Virus record (IMG/VR): IMGVR_UViG_3300014201_000010
Location: 1 to 56,554 of that record
DNA: 56,554 bases
Origin: a virus
Taxonomy: Duplodnaviria; Caudoviricetes
Reading direction: 5' to 3' (one strand)
Part shown: positions 10,701 through 19,998 of the stretch, piece after piece
Numbering within the stretch: the first letter of the stretch is position 1
Layout of the letters: each line of letters starts with the position of its first letter
The notes under the pieces: model-generated
Databases searched by the model: none
Seen by the model: only the letters and a program-made list of their open reading frames with translations
What the model was told of the DNA's origin: nothing
Position numbers and translations under genes: made by a program

Positions 10701-10729
10701 TTGACAATATATTTTTGGTCTGATAAGTT
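10701..10729 (+). promoter_or_regulatory. Sigma70-type promoter for scaffold/coat operon
   Basis: TTGACA-17 bp-TAAGTT with TGn extension. Confidence 0.6.
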
Positions 10730-10827
10730 AGGTGTCACGGAGCTATCCGGTACAAATAGTCGGGACTCTGACGATAAAAGAGGCACTACCGTGATGGGGT
10801 TAACAATCAACTAGAAGGTTTAAACGT

Positions 10828-11616
10828 ATGAGCGAGACTCAGATTGCAGGTGTGGCCCCAACGGCAGATCCGGAAGGAACGATTGAAAATAATTTTGGAT
10901 TAGAAGATAACACTCCTTCTCCAGAAATACTTCAAGCAGAGGAGCCACCAAAAGAAAGGGTTTTTACACAATCAGAAGTTAATAAGATTGTAGGGGATCA
11001 GAAAGCAGAAGCTCGTAGAATTGAACGAGATAGAATTGAAGCTGATAGGCAATATCAAGCTGCGCAAGCCGCAAAGGCTGCACAAGCTTCCAATATTTCT
11101 TCTACAACCTCAACTTCTTCTTCAACAATCACTACTTCTCCAGAAGAAATCGAAAGAATCTTTGTGGAGATGCAGAAAAAAGCTAAAGCAGATGCTTATT
11201 ACGAACATATGGTATCTGATGTCGTACAAAGAGTGCAGAAAGGAATTGATAAATATTCTGATTTTGAAGATGTTGTAAGTAAATTAAATATTGCCGCAGC
11301 ACAACCAGATTTATTAAATTTACTGCGAGAAATAGATAATACCGAGGATGTCTTACACCATTTTGGTAAAACTCCTGAAGGGCAAGAAGCTTATCTAATG
11401 CTCCTTTCCACAATGGATAAGGCGCCTAGATTAGCCAAAGAAAAACTTCAGAGATTATCCCAATCGATTAAAAATAATCAACTGGGTAGTCAGATGAAAA
11501 CTGCGAATGAGCCATTAAAGCAAATACAACCTTCACCAACAGGTTTAAAGGATAGTGGCTCTAATAAAAATATGTCTGTTCCTGAATTAAAGAAGCAGTC
11601 CTATTTAAGACCATAG
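10828..11616 (+). CDS. Capsid scaffolding protein
   Basis: FTQSEVNKIV motif, acidic coiled coil, directly upstream of coat. Confidence 0.75.
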   Translation: MSETQIAGVAPTADPEGTIENNFGLEDNTPSPEILQAEEPPKERVFTQSEVNKIVGDQKAEARRIERDRIEADRQYQAAQAAKAAQASNISSTTSTSSSTITTSPEEIERIFVEMQKKAKADAYYEHMVSDVVQRVQKGIDKYSDFEDVVSKLNIAAAQPDLLNLLREIDNTEDVLHHFGKTPEGQEAYLMLLSTMDKAPRLAKEKLQRLSQSIKNNQLGSQMKTANEPLKQIQPSPTGLKDSGSNKNMSVPELKKQSYLRP

Positions 11617-11668
11617 TAAGTTAGTCAGCCATTATCTCTATTTTTTTATAAATTAGTGGAGAATAATA

Positions 11669-12988
11669 ATGGCTGTTTTACCCTCAAATATACTTCAACA
11701 GGTACAAACTTATCAGAAATCTGGTATTGCATTTCTTGATAACTTATTTTGTGGTATTTCGATCTCAAACAAAAAATTCAACAACTTCCAGGATCTGACC
11801 GGCAATTTGGGCACCACGGTGACGTTCGATCTGCCAGTTCGATATAACACGATTAATAGTTTAGTCGCTCAGTTCCAAGCATCGCAACAACGTGTACAAC
11901 CTTTAACTGTTGACCAGCAGTTTAGTACTTCGTATGCATTCTCTGCTGAGCAGTTCATTTTCAACGTTGAAGATTATATGGAAAAGTTCGGTAAAGGGGC
12001 TATTAAAGAATTAGGAACTCAACTTGAATCTAACTTGCTTTTGAACTTCGCAAGTGCTGTCCCTGTTTATCAAGGAGAAGTTTTGACAGGTGCTCTTCAT
12101 ACAGAAAGCGGTCCTTACAGATTTTTTTCAGACGGGATTACTCCGATCAATTCTTTCGGGCAATTAGCTAAAATGCTGGCTTATTTCCGCAACTATGGTT
12201 CTGCTGGTGAAGTTAAATCCATTCTATCTGATATCGCAATTCCTGATATTGCTAATAGTGGGTTAAATCAATTCGTTATGAATCGTAACGAAGAATTAGC
12301 TTTAGAATGGCAATTAGGAAGATTTTCTAATTGTGATTGGTACCAATCTAACTTACTTCCAATACACAATGCAGGAAGTGTAGGTAATTCTTCTGGAAGC
12401 GAACAATTGATGACAGTCGTAAGTACCAATGATCCAACCGGTGCTAATATCACTCAAATTACCTTCAGCGTGACATCGGGAGCTTCTGACCCAAATTGTA
12501 TTGCTTCTGGTGATTTAATGCAGTTCATTGATGGAGTTTCCGGTCAACCAAATCTTCGTTATTTGATATTTATCGGTCAAAAATTATCTGCAAACCCAGT
12601 TCAAATAAGGGCAACAGCTAGTGCTGCATCCAGCGCAGGAAGTCAAGTTACTGTCAATATATATCCAGCGTTGTGTTCTCAATCTGGTAATCAAAATCAA
12701 AATATTATTTATAACATTGTGGCTGGCATGCAAGTTCAAGTTATGCCAACTCATAAATGCGGAATTGTCTATAGCGGTAATGCACTTTATTTAGCAATGC
12801 CACAATTGCCTGATCAAAGTCCGTATGCAACAGCATACAAGGCTGATCCCGATACAGGTATTGCATTGAGATATACACACGGTTCTTTATTCGGTCAAAA
12901 CCAAATGGGATTCATTAATGACGCCATTATGGGGAGTACATTAGTGCCTGAATACTCAATGCGTATTCTTTTCCCAGTCACACAATAA
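11669..12988 (+). CDS. Major capsid protein (P22 coat-like)
   Basis: 439 aa, GTTVTFDLPVRY, position after scaffold, GIALRY C-terminal motif. Confidence 0.85.
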   Translation: MAVLPSNILQQVQTYQKSGIAFLDNLFCGISISNKKFNNFQDLTGNLGTTVTFDLPVRYNTINSLVAQFQASQQRVQPLTVDQQFSTSYAFSAEQFIFNVEDYMEKFGKGAIKELGTQLESNLLLNFASAVPVYQGEVLTGALHTESGPYRFFSDGITPINSFGQLAKMLAYFRNYGSAGEVKSILSDIAIPDIANSGLNQFVMNRNEELALEWQLGRFSNCDWYQSNLLPIHNAGSVGNSSGSEQLMTVVSTNDPTGANITQITFSVTSGASDPNCIASGDLMQFIDGVSGQPNLRYLIFIGQKLSANPVQIRATASAASSAGSQVTVNIYPALCSQSGNQNQNIIYNIVAGMQVQVMPTHKCGIVYSGNALYLAMPQLPDQSPYATAYKADPDTGIALRYTHGSLFGQNQMGFINDAIMGSTLVPEYSMRILFPVTQ

Positions 12989-13007
12989 TTTATAGAGGAA
13001 TATTAAA

Positions 13008-13751
13008 ATGAGTTTATATGAACAGATTGTAAATGATGGATTAGAGTATGTTAATGGTCTTACAACCACATGGGCATCTAATACAACTCTAACTATCGGA
13101 ACAGGCCAATGCCGTGATTCCACTAATGTATTCGATATTTTTGTTAATACTCCATTAACTTTGAGTTTATCCTCAAATGGCGTTAACGGATTAGATACCG
13201 GAACTGTCGCTCCAAACACTTTATATTATGAATATGTTATTTATGATAATACAAACAATTTGCCAACCGCATCACTTTTATCTCTAAGCAATACATTGCC
13301 TTATCGCCCAGGTGGTTACAGTTCTTTTGCTTTGATAGGAGCTTGGGCAACTAATAGTTCAAGTCAGTTCTATTTAATGTATCAATACGGAATAAATAGT
13401 TGGCGCAGACTTACTTATGATGCTCCTGTCCCCGTATTGACAAGTGGTACAGCCACTACTGCTACTGCTGTACCCCTAGGCGCTGTTGTTCCAGCATTCT
13501 CAAATATCGATGTTACTTTAAGAACTAATTTTGTTCCTGCTACGGCTGGACATCAATTGATAGTTGTTCCTCATGGTTCTTCTAGTACTACAACTGTTGC
13601 AACAATAGGTCAAGTTGCATCTGTTAGTATTTCTGGTGATTTTGAATGTCCGGCGATATTAAATTCTGGTGTTCCTACAGTTGATTATTTCGTAACAAAT
13701 GGTAGTGATTTGGCAAACTTGAGAGTCAAATCATTTGTTATGAATTTGTAA
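13008..13751 (+). CDS. Virion structural protein (capsid decoration-like)
   Basis: Beta-rich, Thr/Ser-rich, strong RBS, between coat and a terminator. Confidence 0.55.
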   Translation: MSLYEQIVNDGLEYVNGLTTTWASNTTLTIGTGQCRDSTNVFDIFVNTPLTLSLSSNGVNGLDTGTVAPNTLYYEYVIYDNTNNLPTASLLSLSNTLPYRPGGYSSFALIGAWATNSSSQFYLMYQYGINSWRRLTYDAPVPVLTSGTATTATAVPLGAVVPAFSNIDVTLRTNFVPATAGHQLIVVPHGSSSTTTVATIGQVASVSISGDFECPAILNSGVPTVDYFVTNGSDLANLRVKSFVMNL

Positions 13752-13758
13752 AAAAGTT

Positions 13759-13798
13759 TTCACTGCTGGTTTAACATTTTTCCAGCAGTGAATTTTTT
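13759..13798 (+). terminator. Rho-independent terminator
   Basis: TTCACTGCTGG...CCAGCAGTGAA stem followed by T-tract. Confidence 0.8.
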
Positions 13799-13822
13799 AA
13801 TTTAATATTATGTTGGAAAATA

Positions 13823-14524
13823 ATGGCATACTCAGCATTACAATTAATAACGAATGCTTATTATCTATCTGGAATAGTTGCAAGACAACTTCAAACAGTT
13901 TCCGGTCAACAAATAACAGATGGTTTATATTTGTTTAATGCATTATTAGCTGTAAAGACTGCGGATAAGAGATTAATACCTTATTACACGCCCTATACAC
14001 AGAATCTTATCATAGGACAAGAAGAATATTATATTGAAAACTTGCTTGAAATTGAATCCATATCATTCAATTTAAACAATGTTCGTTACGCAATGAATTA
14101 TATACCAAGAAGAAAATATTTTGGTCAGCCTCGCGTCAATAATATTGAAACGCTGCCATTTAGTTGGCACATGGAGAGAACATTAGGTGGTGCAAATTTA
14201 TATGTTTATTTCTTACCAGATAATACATATCAAATTAATATCATAGGAAAATTTTCAATACCAGAAGTTACATTAGATTTTGATTTAACAACTGTATTTG
14301 ATTTGTTTTATATCGAATATTTTAGATATGCGTTAGCCGCATATATTTGTAGTGAATATACCGTTTCATTTAATCCGCAAAGTCAGCAACAATTAAATGA
14401 ATATGAATTATTAATTATGGATACGAGTCCAATTGATCTTACAACAGATGTTTTAACCACATTAAGTAAGAGTGGAGGTTATAACTTCGGTGATGTGAAT
14501 TTGGGCAAGGGCTGGAGACCTTGA
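13823..14524 (+). CDS. Head-to-tail adaptor (P22 gp4-like)
   Basis: ALQLITNAY..SGIV...DGLYLFNALL N-terminus, YALAAYICSEY; synteny. Confidence 0.7.
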   Translation: MAYSALQLITNAYYLSGIVARQLQTVSGQQITDGLYLFNALLAVKTADKRLIPYYTPYTQNLIIGQEEYYIENLLEIESISFNLNNVRYAMNYIPRRKYFGQPRVNNIETLPFSWHMERTLGGANLYVYFLPDNTYQINIIGKFSIPEVTLDFDLTTVFDLFYIEYFRYALAAYICSEYTVSFNPQSQQQLNEYELLIMDTSPIDLTTDVLTTLSKSGGYNFGDVNLGKGWRP

Positions 14525-14567
14525 TGAATAATTTAAAAATTATTAAATATATAAGACTATCATTATT

Positions 14568-16031
14568 ATGAAACCTATTTCACCTGGTACTAAATCACTT
14601 CCATTAGATATTGTAGGTTCAACATCTTTTGGAAGATATCCAAAAATATCGGTTGAAGAAACTTTCAACATGATTATTACGGATGACTGGTTGGGACCTT
14701 ACGCTGGTTATGCTATAGCTACTGAATTATTGCCAGGTGGTATTGGGAGAGGATTATTTACAAGTTCAACATTAGGAAAAATGGTTGCGGTTGTCGATGA
14801 CAGTGTGTTTTTAGTCGATGCTTATTTAGGCGTACGAAGAATTGGATTATTAGCTACGACTGCTGGAACTGTTTATATCGATGGTAATAACGGCGGACAA
14901 ATTGCTATTTGTGATTTGACCAATATTTACATTTATAATTTCAACGCCAATACATTCAGTATTGCTTCAATAGATTTTATTCCTGGTTATATTTCATTTC
15001 AAGACGGTTATTTCATTAGCGTATCCACTGGCACGAATCAATGGAGATTATCTTCTCCAAATGATGGAACTTCTTGGCCTGATGATGCACCTAACGATGG
15101 ATTTTTACAAACAAAGCCGGATACGGTTGTTGCTGCATTAAAAATGCCTGGCAAAGGAAATTTGTTGCATGTCTTTGGCCATAATGTGACTGAACAATGG
15201 TATGACACTGGATTAACTCTTTTCCCTTATCAAAAAAATAGTTATTCAAATATAGATTATGGTTGTTTGAATCCTGCAACCATTGCTACAAATGATAATT
15301 TAATGTGTTGGTTAGCCGCTAATGAAAAATCAGGACCGGTGATTATGGTTAGCGATGGTGGCCAAGCTCAAAAAATATCAAATGATGGTATTGATTTTAG
15401 ATTAGCTAATTTAACAAATCCGTCTGACTCATCTGCTTTCTTTATGAGGCATGACGGCCATCTGATTTATCAACTTACATTTCCTACCGACAATGTTAGC
15501 TATGCTTACGATTTCAATACACAAAAATTCTTTACAGTAACTGATCATAGTTTAGATCATCACATTGCTCGTAGTTTAGCTTTCTTTAATAACAATTATT
15601 ATTTCGTGAGTTTTGTGGATGGAAATCTATATAAGATGAGCACAAATATTGTGACTTATGATGGGACTGTCAATGGTGTAATTGTACAAAATGAAATTCC
15701 ACGTATTAGAAAATGTAAATCTATTAATTTGCCTGATCGATCAAGATTTATCGTTCAGAGTTTAACCTTTCCTATCGAAATGGGCCAACAAGTTGTTCCT
15801 ATAGGCGATACAGAATCTATTACATTTCCTCGAGTCGATTTGTCTGCTTCTATTAATGGTGGTGAGACCTTCGGTACCTTCGAAGGTGTTTATTCTAAAG
15901 CCGCTGGTTTCCCCCAAAATCGCTTGATCTGGTGGTCTGCTGGTTCTGGCAATGAATATGTTCCTCAATTTAGATTTTATGGTGGCGCACGTTTTGTTGC
16001 ATCAAATGGGGAGGCTACGATTTACCAATGA
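14568..16031 (+). CDS. Packaged-DNA stabilisation / tail hub (P22 gp10-like)
   Basis: 487 aa, FQDGYF, KPDTVVA, DGHLIYQLTFP...YAYD, SINGGETFG motifs. Confidence 0.8.
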   Translation: MKPISPGTKSLPLDIVGSTSFGRYPKISVEETFNMIITDDWLGPYAGYAIATELLPGGIGRGLFTSSTLGKMVAVVDDSVFLVDAYLGVRRIGLLATTAGTVYIDGNNGGQIAICDLTNIYIYNFNANTFSIASIDFIPGYISFQDGYFISVSTGTNQWRLSSPNDGTSWPDDAPNDGFLQTKPDTVVAALKMPGKGNLLHVFGHNVTEQWYDTGLTLFPYQKNSYSNIDYGCLNPATIATNDNLMCWLAANEKSGPVIMVSDGGQAQKISNDGIDFRLANLTNPSDSSAFFMRHDGHLIYQLTFPTDNVSYAYDFNTQKFFTVTDHSLDHHIARSLAFFNNNYYFVSFVDGNLYKMSTNIVTYDGTVNGVIVQNEIPRIRKCKSINLPDRSRFIVQSLTFPIEMGQQVVPIGDTESITFPRVDLSASINGGETFGTFEGVYSKAAGFPQNRLIWWSAGSGNEYVPQFRFYGGARFVASNGEATIYQ

Positions 16032-16318
16032 CCAATCCTGTAACAACTAATTTTTTAAGTTTTCCTAATTTTTTGCATCAACAGTTTGTAGATAAAGAAG
16101 GACATTTGACGCCTGCTTGGCATGGAATATTGAGTCAATTAATTCAGACTTTACAGAATAATAATTCTACTGAAGGCGTAAAACTTCCAGGACAAAATAC
16201 AAGCAATATTATTCAAATAGCAAGTATGGATAATTTAGGGACTGTAATTTATAACACACAAACTGGGAAGGGAATGTTAAATGAAGCTGGTGTTTTTAAA
16301 ACGATTGTAACGAGTTAA
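16028..16318 (+). CDS. Small tail-associated protein
   Basis: FVDKEGHLTPAW motif; synteny. Confidence 0.45.
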   Translation: MTNPVTTNFLSFPNFLHQQFVDKEGHLTPAWHGILSQLIQTLQNNNSTEGVKLPGQNTSNIIQIASMDNLGTVIYNTQTGKGMLNEAGVFKTIVTS

Positions 16319-16322
16319 TTAT

Positions 16323-17249
16323 ATGCCATATTTTAATCCAAATCCTGAAAATACATATTATTCAAAGCCTGGTTTGATGGGTGGTGGTAATCCTATGGCA
16401 CCTAATGGAATGGGAAGTCAATATGCTGGATATGATCCATATAACACTATGTATCAACCTAATCAGCAAAACAATTATATGCATCAGCCGCCATTTAATC
16501 CTTATTTGACGGGAACTATGAATCCTAATTCATCAACTGGAATGCAAACTCCGATGATACAAGGTGCAGGCCCTGCTCAAGGAGCAAATCTCACACAGGG
16601 CGGCACCGGTAATAATTTCTCTCCATGGGGAAATGCAATTTCACAATTGATAAGCGCATTTGGTCAATCGCGCGGACATTATAATGATCCATCAGATGCA
16701 GCTAACAAATATTTAGAACAAATTGGTGGAGCAGTAGGTCCTTATTTTGATCCTTATATTAGTGCAGGTAAAAAAACACTGGCTGATTTAATGGGTCAAT
16801 ATGGAAATTTATTATCAGATCCTGGTGCTTTGATGAATAAATTTGGTCAATCATTCCAGGAATCGCCTGGATATAAATTTAATGTAGATCAAGCATTGGG
16901 AGCTGCAAATAGAGCGTCAGCCGCTGGAGGGATGTTAGGTAGTCCCCAACAACAACAAAATCTTGCAAGAACAGTTACTGGTTTAGCAAATCAAGATTAT
17001 GGAAATTGGATGGATAGAGCTTTAGGTCTTTATGGAAGAGGATTGAGTGGAGAAGAGGGAATTAATCAAATGGGTTTTAATGCATCTAGCCAAATGGCGC
17101 AAGCATTGATGGATCAATTGATGAGTCAGGCAAGCAATGCATATGCGGGTGGAGCTAATAGAAATCAGTATGAACAGGATAAAAATACCGGCGTTTGGGA
17201 TTCTATTGCTCACGCAATAGGTGGATTAATTCCTGGCCCACATATTTAA
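16323..17249 (+). CDS. DNA ejection/pilot protein (P22 gp7-like)
   Basis: PYISAG..L, SPGYKF, AAGGMLGS motifs; Gly/Gln-rich. Confidence 0.75.
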   Translation: MPYFNPNPENTYYSKPGLMGGGNPMAPNGMGSQYAGYDPYNTMYQPNQQNNYMHQPPFNPYLTGTMNPNSSTGMQTPMIQGAGPAQGANLTQGGTGNNFSPWGNAISQLISAFGQSRGHYNDPSDAANKYLEQIGGAVGPYFDPYISAGKKTLADLMGQYGNLLSDPGALMNKFGQSFQESPGYKFNVDQALGAANRASAAGGMLGSPQQQQNLARTVTGLANQDYGNWMDRALGLYGRGLSGEEGINQMGFNASSQMAQALMDQLMSQASNAYAGGANRNQYEQDKNTGVWDSIAHAIGGLIPGPHI

Positions 17250-17258
17250 GGTGAATTT

Positions 17259-18617
17259 ATGGCGTTCGTTACATTCCAACCATTAAGTCCTGAAGCTGGT
17301 CCACTTTCAAGTTGGGAAAAAGCTCAACGTATTGCTTCTGGTTTAGCGGCCGATGTGCGTGCGCAACAAATGCAACCTGCTGAATTGCTTCATCAACAAT
17401 TATTGAATCAGCAATTACAACAAACTGTCCCATATGCCGGACAACAAGCGCAAGCTGATTTGTTGAAACAACAATTGATGAATAAATATTATCCTCAAGC
17501 CACTCAATCAGAGATTAATTTAAGACAAGCACAAGGTGGCCTTTATGGAACAGAAGCGGCTAAAAATAATTATATGCTACAACATCCTGGATTATTAGCA
17601 GGTGGACAGGCCGCTCAATTAACAGCATTAAAAGATATATTGCCTGGATTATTTGGATCACAGGCAGCTGGTACTGGAACTGGTCAAACAATGAATGTTC
17701 CAAATCAAGACCCATCGGTTGCAGCAGGAGCAGCGGCAGCTCCACGTCTTCCAGGGGGCGCAACTCCTCAACAAGGAAATCAAATATCCCAAATTGCTCC
17801 TCTTGGTCCTCCTGCATTGCAAAATCAAGGGCAAAATCCTTTAGAAAATGCAGGAAGAAATCTTCTTACATATGGAACATTTACTAATCCTGCCGAAATA
17901 AAATCTCAGGTTGAATCAGCTGGCGAGACAGCCAAACAAAATGTTAGACAATGGAATGAAGCACAAAATGATGCAGCTAAAATGGCTCAAGATGCTACAC
18001 AAGCAACACATATGATAGATGATTTTAGAAATACTTATAAAAAAGCTAAATTTGTAGGACCAACTTTGTCAAAAATTCCACTAGCGGCTGCTTCTGTTGC
18101 ATATGATGTAAATCCAGAACAACAATTAGATCAAATTGGTGCAAATATGATGGGATTAATTGGTAAATACATGGTAGGTGGAAGAGTTACTAATTATGAA
18201 GCACAAAATTGGTTAAATAAAGTTAAATTGGGAAGAGAAATGCTTCCTGAAACTGTTGAAAAAACAGCAGATGTTTTGCATGCAGTTGAAGATAGATCTA
18301 AAGAGAGACAACAATTTTTAAATGCCGCTCAAAAGAAAGGATTAAGTAGACCTGATGCCGATGTTTTATGGACAGCATATGATAATGAAAAGCCTTTATA
18401 TGATTTTTCAAATTCAAAAAGATTAGATAAAAATGAAAATACTTGGCAAAAATATTTAACAAAAGATTCCATTGAAAGAGTTCAATCTGGAACTCCCTTT
18501 GGCAATAAAAATACTGTAACGATTATTGCTCCTGACGGGTCAGAACACCAAATAGCACCAGAAAATGTTGATGTAGCCTTAAAACGATATCCTGGAGTAA
18601 AAGTTAAAAATGGCTAA
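17259..18617 (+). CDS. DNA ejection protein
   Basis: Gln/Ala-rich helical protein in second ejectosome position. Confidence 0.6.
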   Translation: MAFVTFQPLSPEAGPLSSWEKAQRIASGLAADVRAQQMQPAELLHQQLLNQQLQQTVPYAGQQAQADLLKQQLMNKYYPQATQSEINLRQAQGGLYGTEAAKNNYMLQHPGLLAGGQAAQLTALKDILPGLFGSQAAGTGTGQTMNVPNQDPSVAAGAAAAPRLPGGATPQQGNQISQIAPLGPPALQNQGQNPLENAGRNLLTYGTFTNPAEIKSQVESAGETAKQNVRQWNEAQNDAAKMAQDATQATHMIDDFRNTYKKAKFVGPTLSKIPLAAASVAYDVNPEQQLDQIGANMMGLIGKYMVGGRVTNYEAQNWLNKVKLGREMLPETVEKTADVLHAVEDRSKERQQFLNAAQKKGLSRPDADVLWTAYDNEKPLYDFSNSKRLDKNENTWQKYLTKDSIERVQSGTPFGNKNTVTIIAPDGSEHQIAPENVDVALKRYPGVKVKNG

Positions 18618-19998
18618 TCAATATGATTTTTCAGATTTGGCACCAAAACAAGATCAAAAATATGATTTTTCTGATTTAGCGCCACAATCACAACAGCAAT
18701 TTCAAATGTCGCCATCGAATATGCCAAACATGAAAATGAATCCTATTGCCTCATTTGGATCTGGTTTAACTAATTTATTGGCAGGAGCTGGGGATGCTTT
18801 AACGAGTACATATACGGCTGGATTATATAATCCTCAAGGTGGTTCTGGACCTGCTTATAATATAGGCAAAGGACTAGGAAATATTGGAGGATTTTTAGCA
18901 GGTGGAGAATTATTGGATGCTGCTCGTTTAGGTTCTGAAGCACTTCCTTATATTGGACAAGCAGCGAAAGCAATTGGAGGATCCGAATTTTTACCAACTG
19001 CTGTTAGACATGTATTAGGAGGTTCTATCTATGGAACTGCTACTAATCCAGAAGATAGATTAAGAGGTATGAGACAAGGAGGATTGGAATCAGCTTTATT
19101 TGAAACAGCGCCTGTAACTGTTCGTTTGTTAGGAAAAGGTGCTGAATTTTTAAATCCTCAAAAATTTACTAATTCATTGGTAGAAAATATAAAAAATGAT
19201 TATGGAGTATCTAAAGAATTAGCTTCTAATCAATATGAACCTGTAAGGAAACAATTTGGAGAAAGTAAAATTATCCCTAGTTTATACAACTCATTAGGAG
19301 ATGAAGTAACCAAATACTATGGGCCTGCTGTTAAAAAAGTTGAAAATGTATTTTTGAAAGAACCAATATTTGAAAATGCTCACAAACTTCAGCAACAGTT
19401 AGGTATTGATGCATCTAAAATTAAAAATCGTTCTGACCCGTCCTCCATTTATACAATAGATGCATTAAAACAAGCTAGAGATTCCTTGAGAAATGATATG
19501 TTCTCGTTTCTTAATTCAAATAATCCAGAAGCAGCTCAAAAATATCAAATTGGAACAGATATTTTTAGAGACTTTGTTGCTCCTTATAAGAGTTCTAAAT
19601 TAATAAAAGATATAGCAGAAGGTAATAAAGAAAATGTAACTCCTAAACAGCTTCTTACTGTTTTAGGAAAAATGAAAGAAACCGGTGCAATACAGAAAGG
19701 CCATAATTTGTATGGCATTCATGAGCAGTTAGCTAATAAAGTTAATAAAGGAAATATTGGCAGCAATCTTGCCTCAATATTAGGAGGAGCAGGCGTCGGA
19801 GAATTTATGGCTCCTGGATTAGGTGGAGGAGTAATGGGTGCAATGGCAGGAAAATTTGCTGGACCTACCGCCATTAACTTAGCATCTAATCCTACTGTGC
19901 AAAATGCTATTGGTAAAACTGAACCTTATTATTCTCTTTTATCTAAAGCTTTATTAGCTAATATTATTCCTGGTAATAATACTGGAGGTCAGCAATAA
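18610..19998 (+). CDS. DNA ejection protein
   Basis: N-terminal YDFSDLAP repeat, Gly/Ala-rich hydrophobic segments; third ejectosome position. Confidence 0.6.
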   Translation: MANQYDFSDLAPKQDQKYDFSDLAPQSQQQFQMSPSNMPNMKMNPIASFGSGLTNLLAGAGDALTSTYTAGLYNPQGGSGPAYNIGKGLGNIGGFLAGGELLDAARLGSEALPYIGQAAKAIGGSEFLPTAVRHVLGGSIYGTATNPEDRLRGMRQGGLESALFETAPVTVRLLGKGAEFLNPQKFTNSLVENIKNDYGVSKELASNQYEPVRKQFGESKIIPSLYNSLGDEVTKYYGPAVKKVENVFLKEPIFENAHKLQQQLGIDASKIKNRSDPSSIYTIDALKQARDSLRNDMFSFLNSNNPEAAQKYQIGTDIFRDFVAPYKSSKLIKDIAEGNKENVTPKQLLTVLGKMKETGAIQKGHNLYGIHEQLANKVNKGNIGSNLASILGGAGVGEFMAPGLGGGVMGAMAGKFAGPTAINLASNPTVQNAIGKTEPYYSLLSKALLANIIPGNNTGGQQ

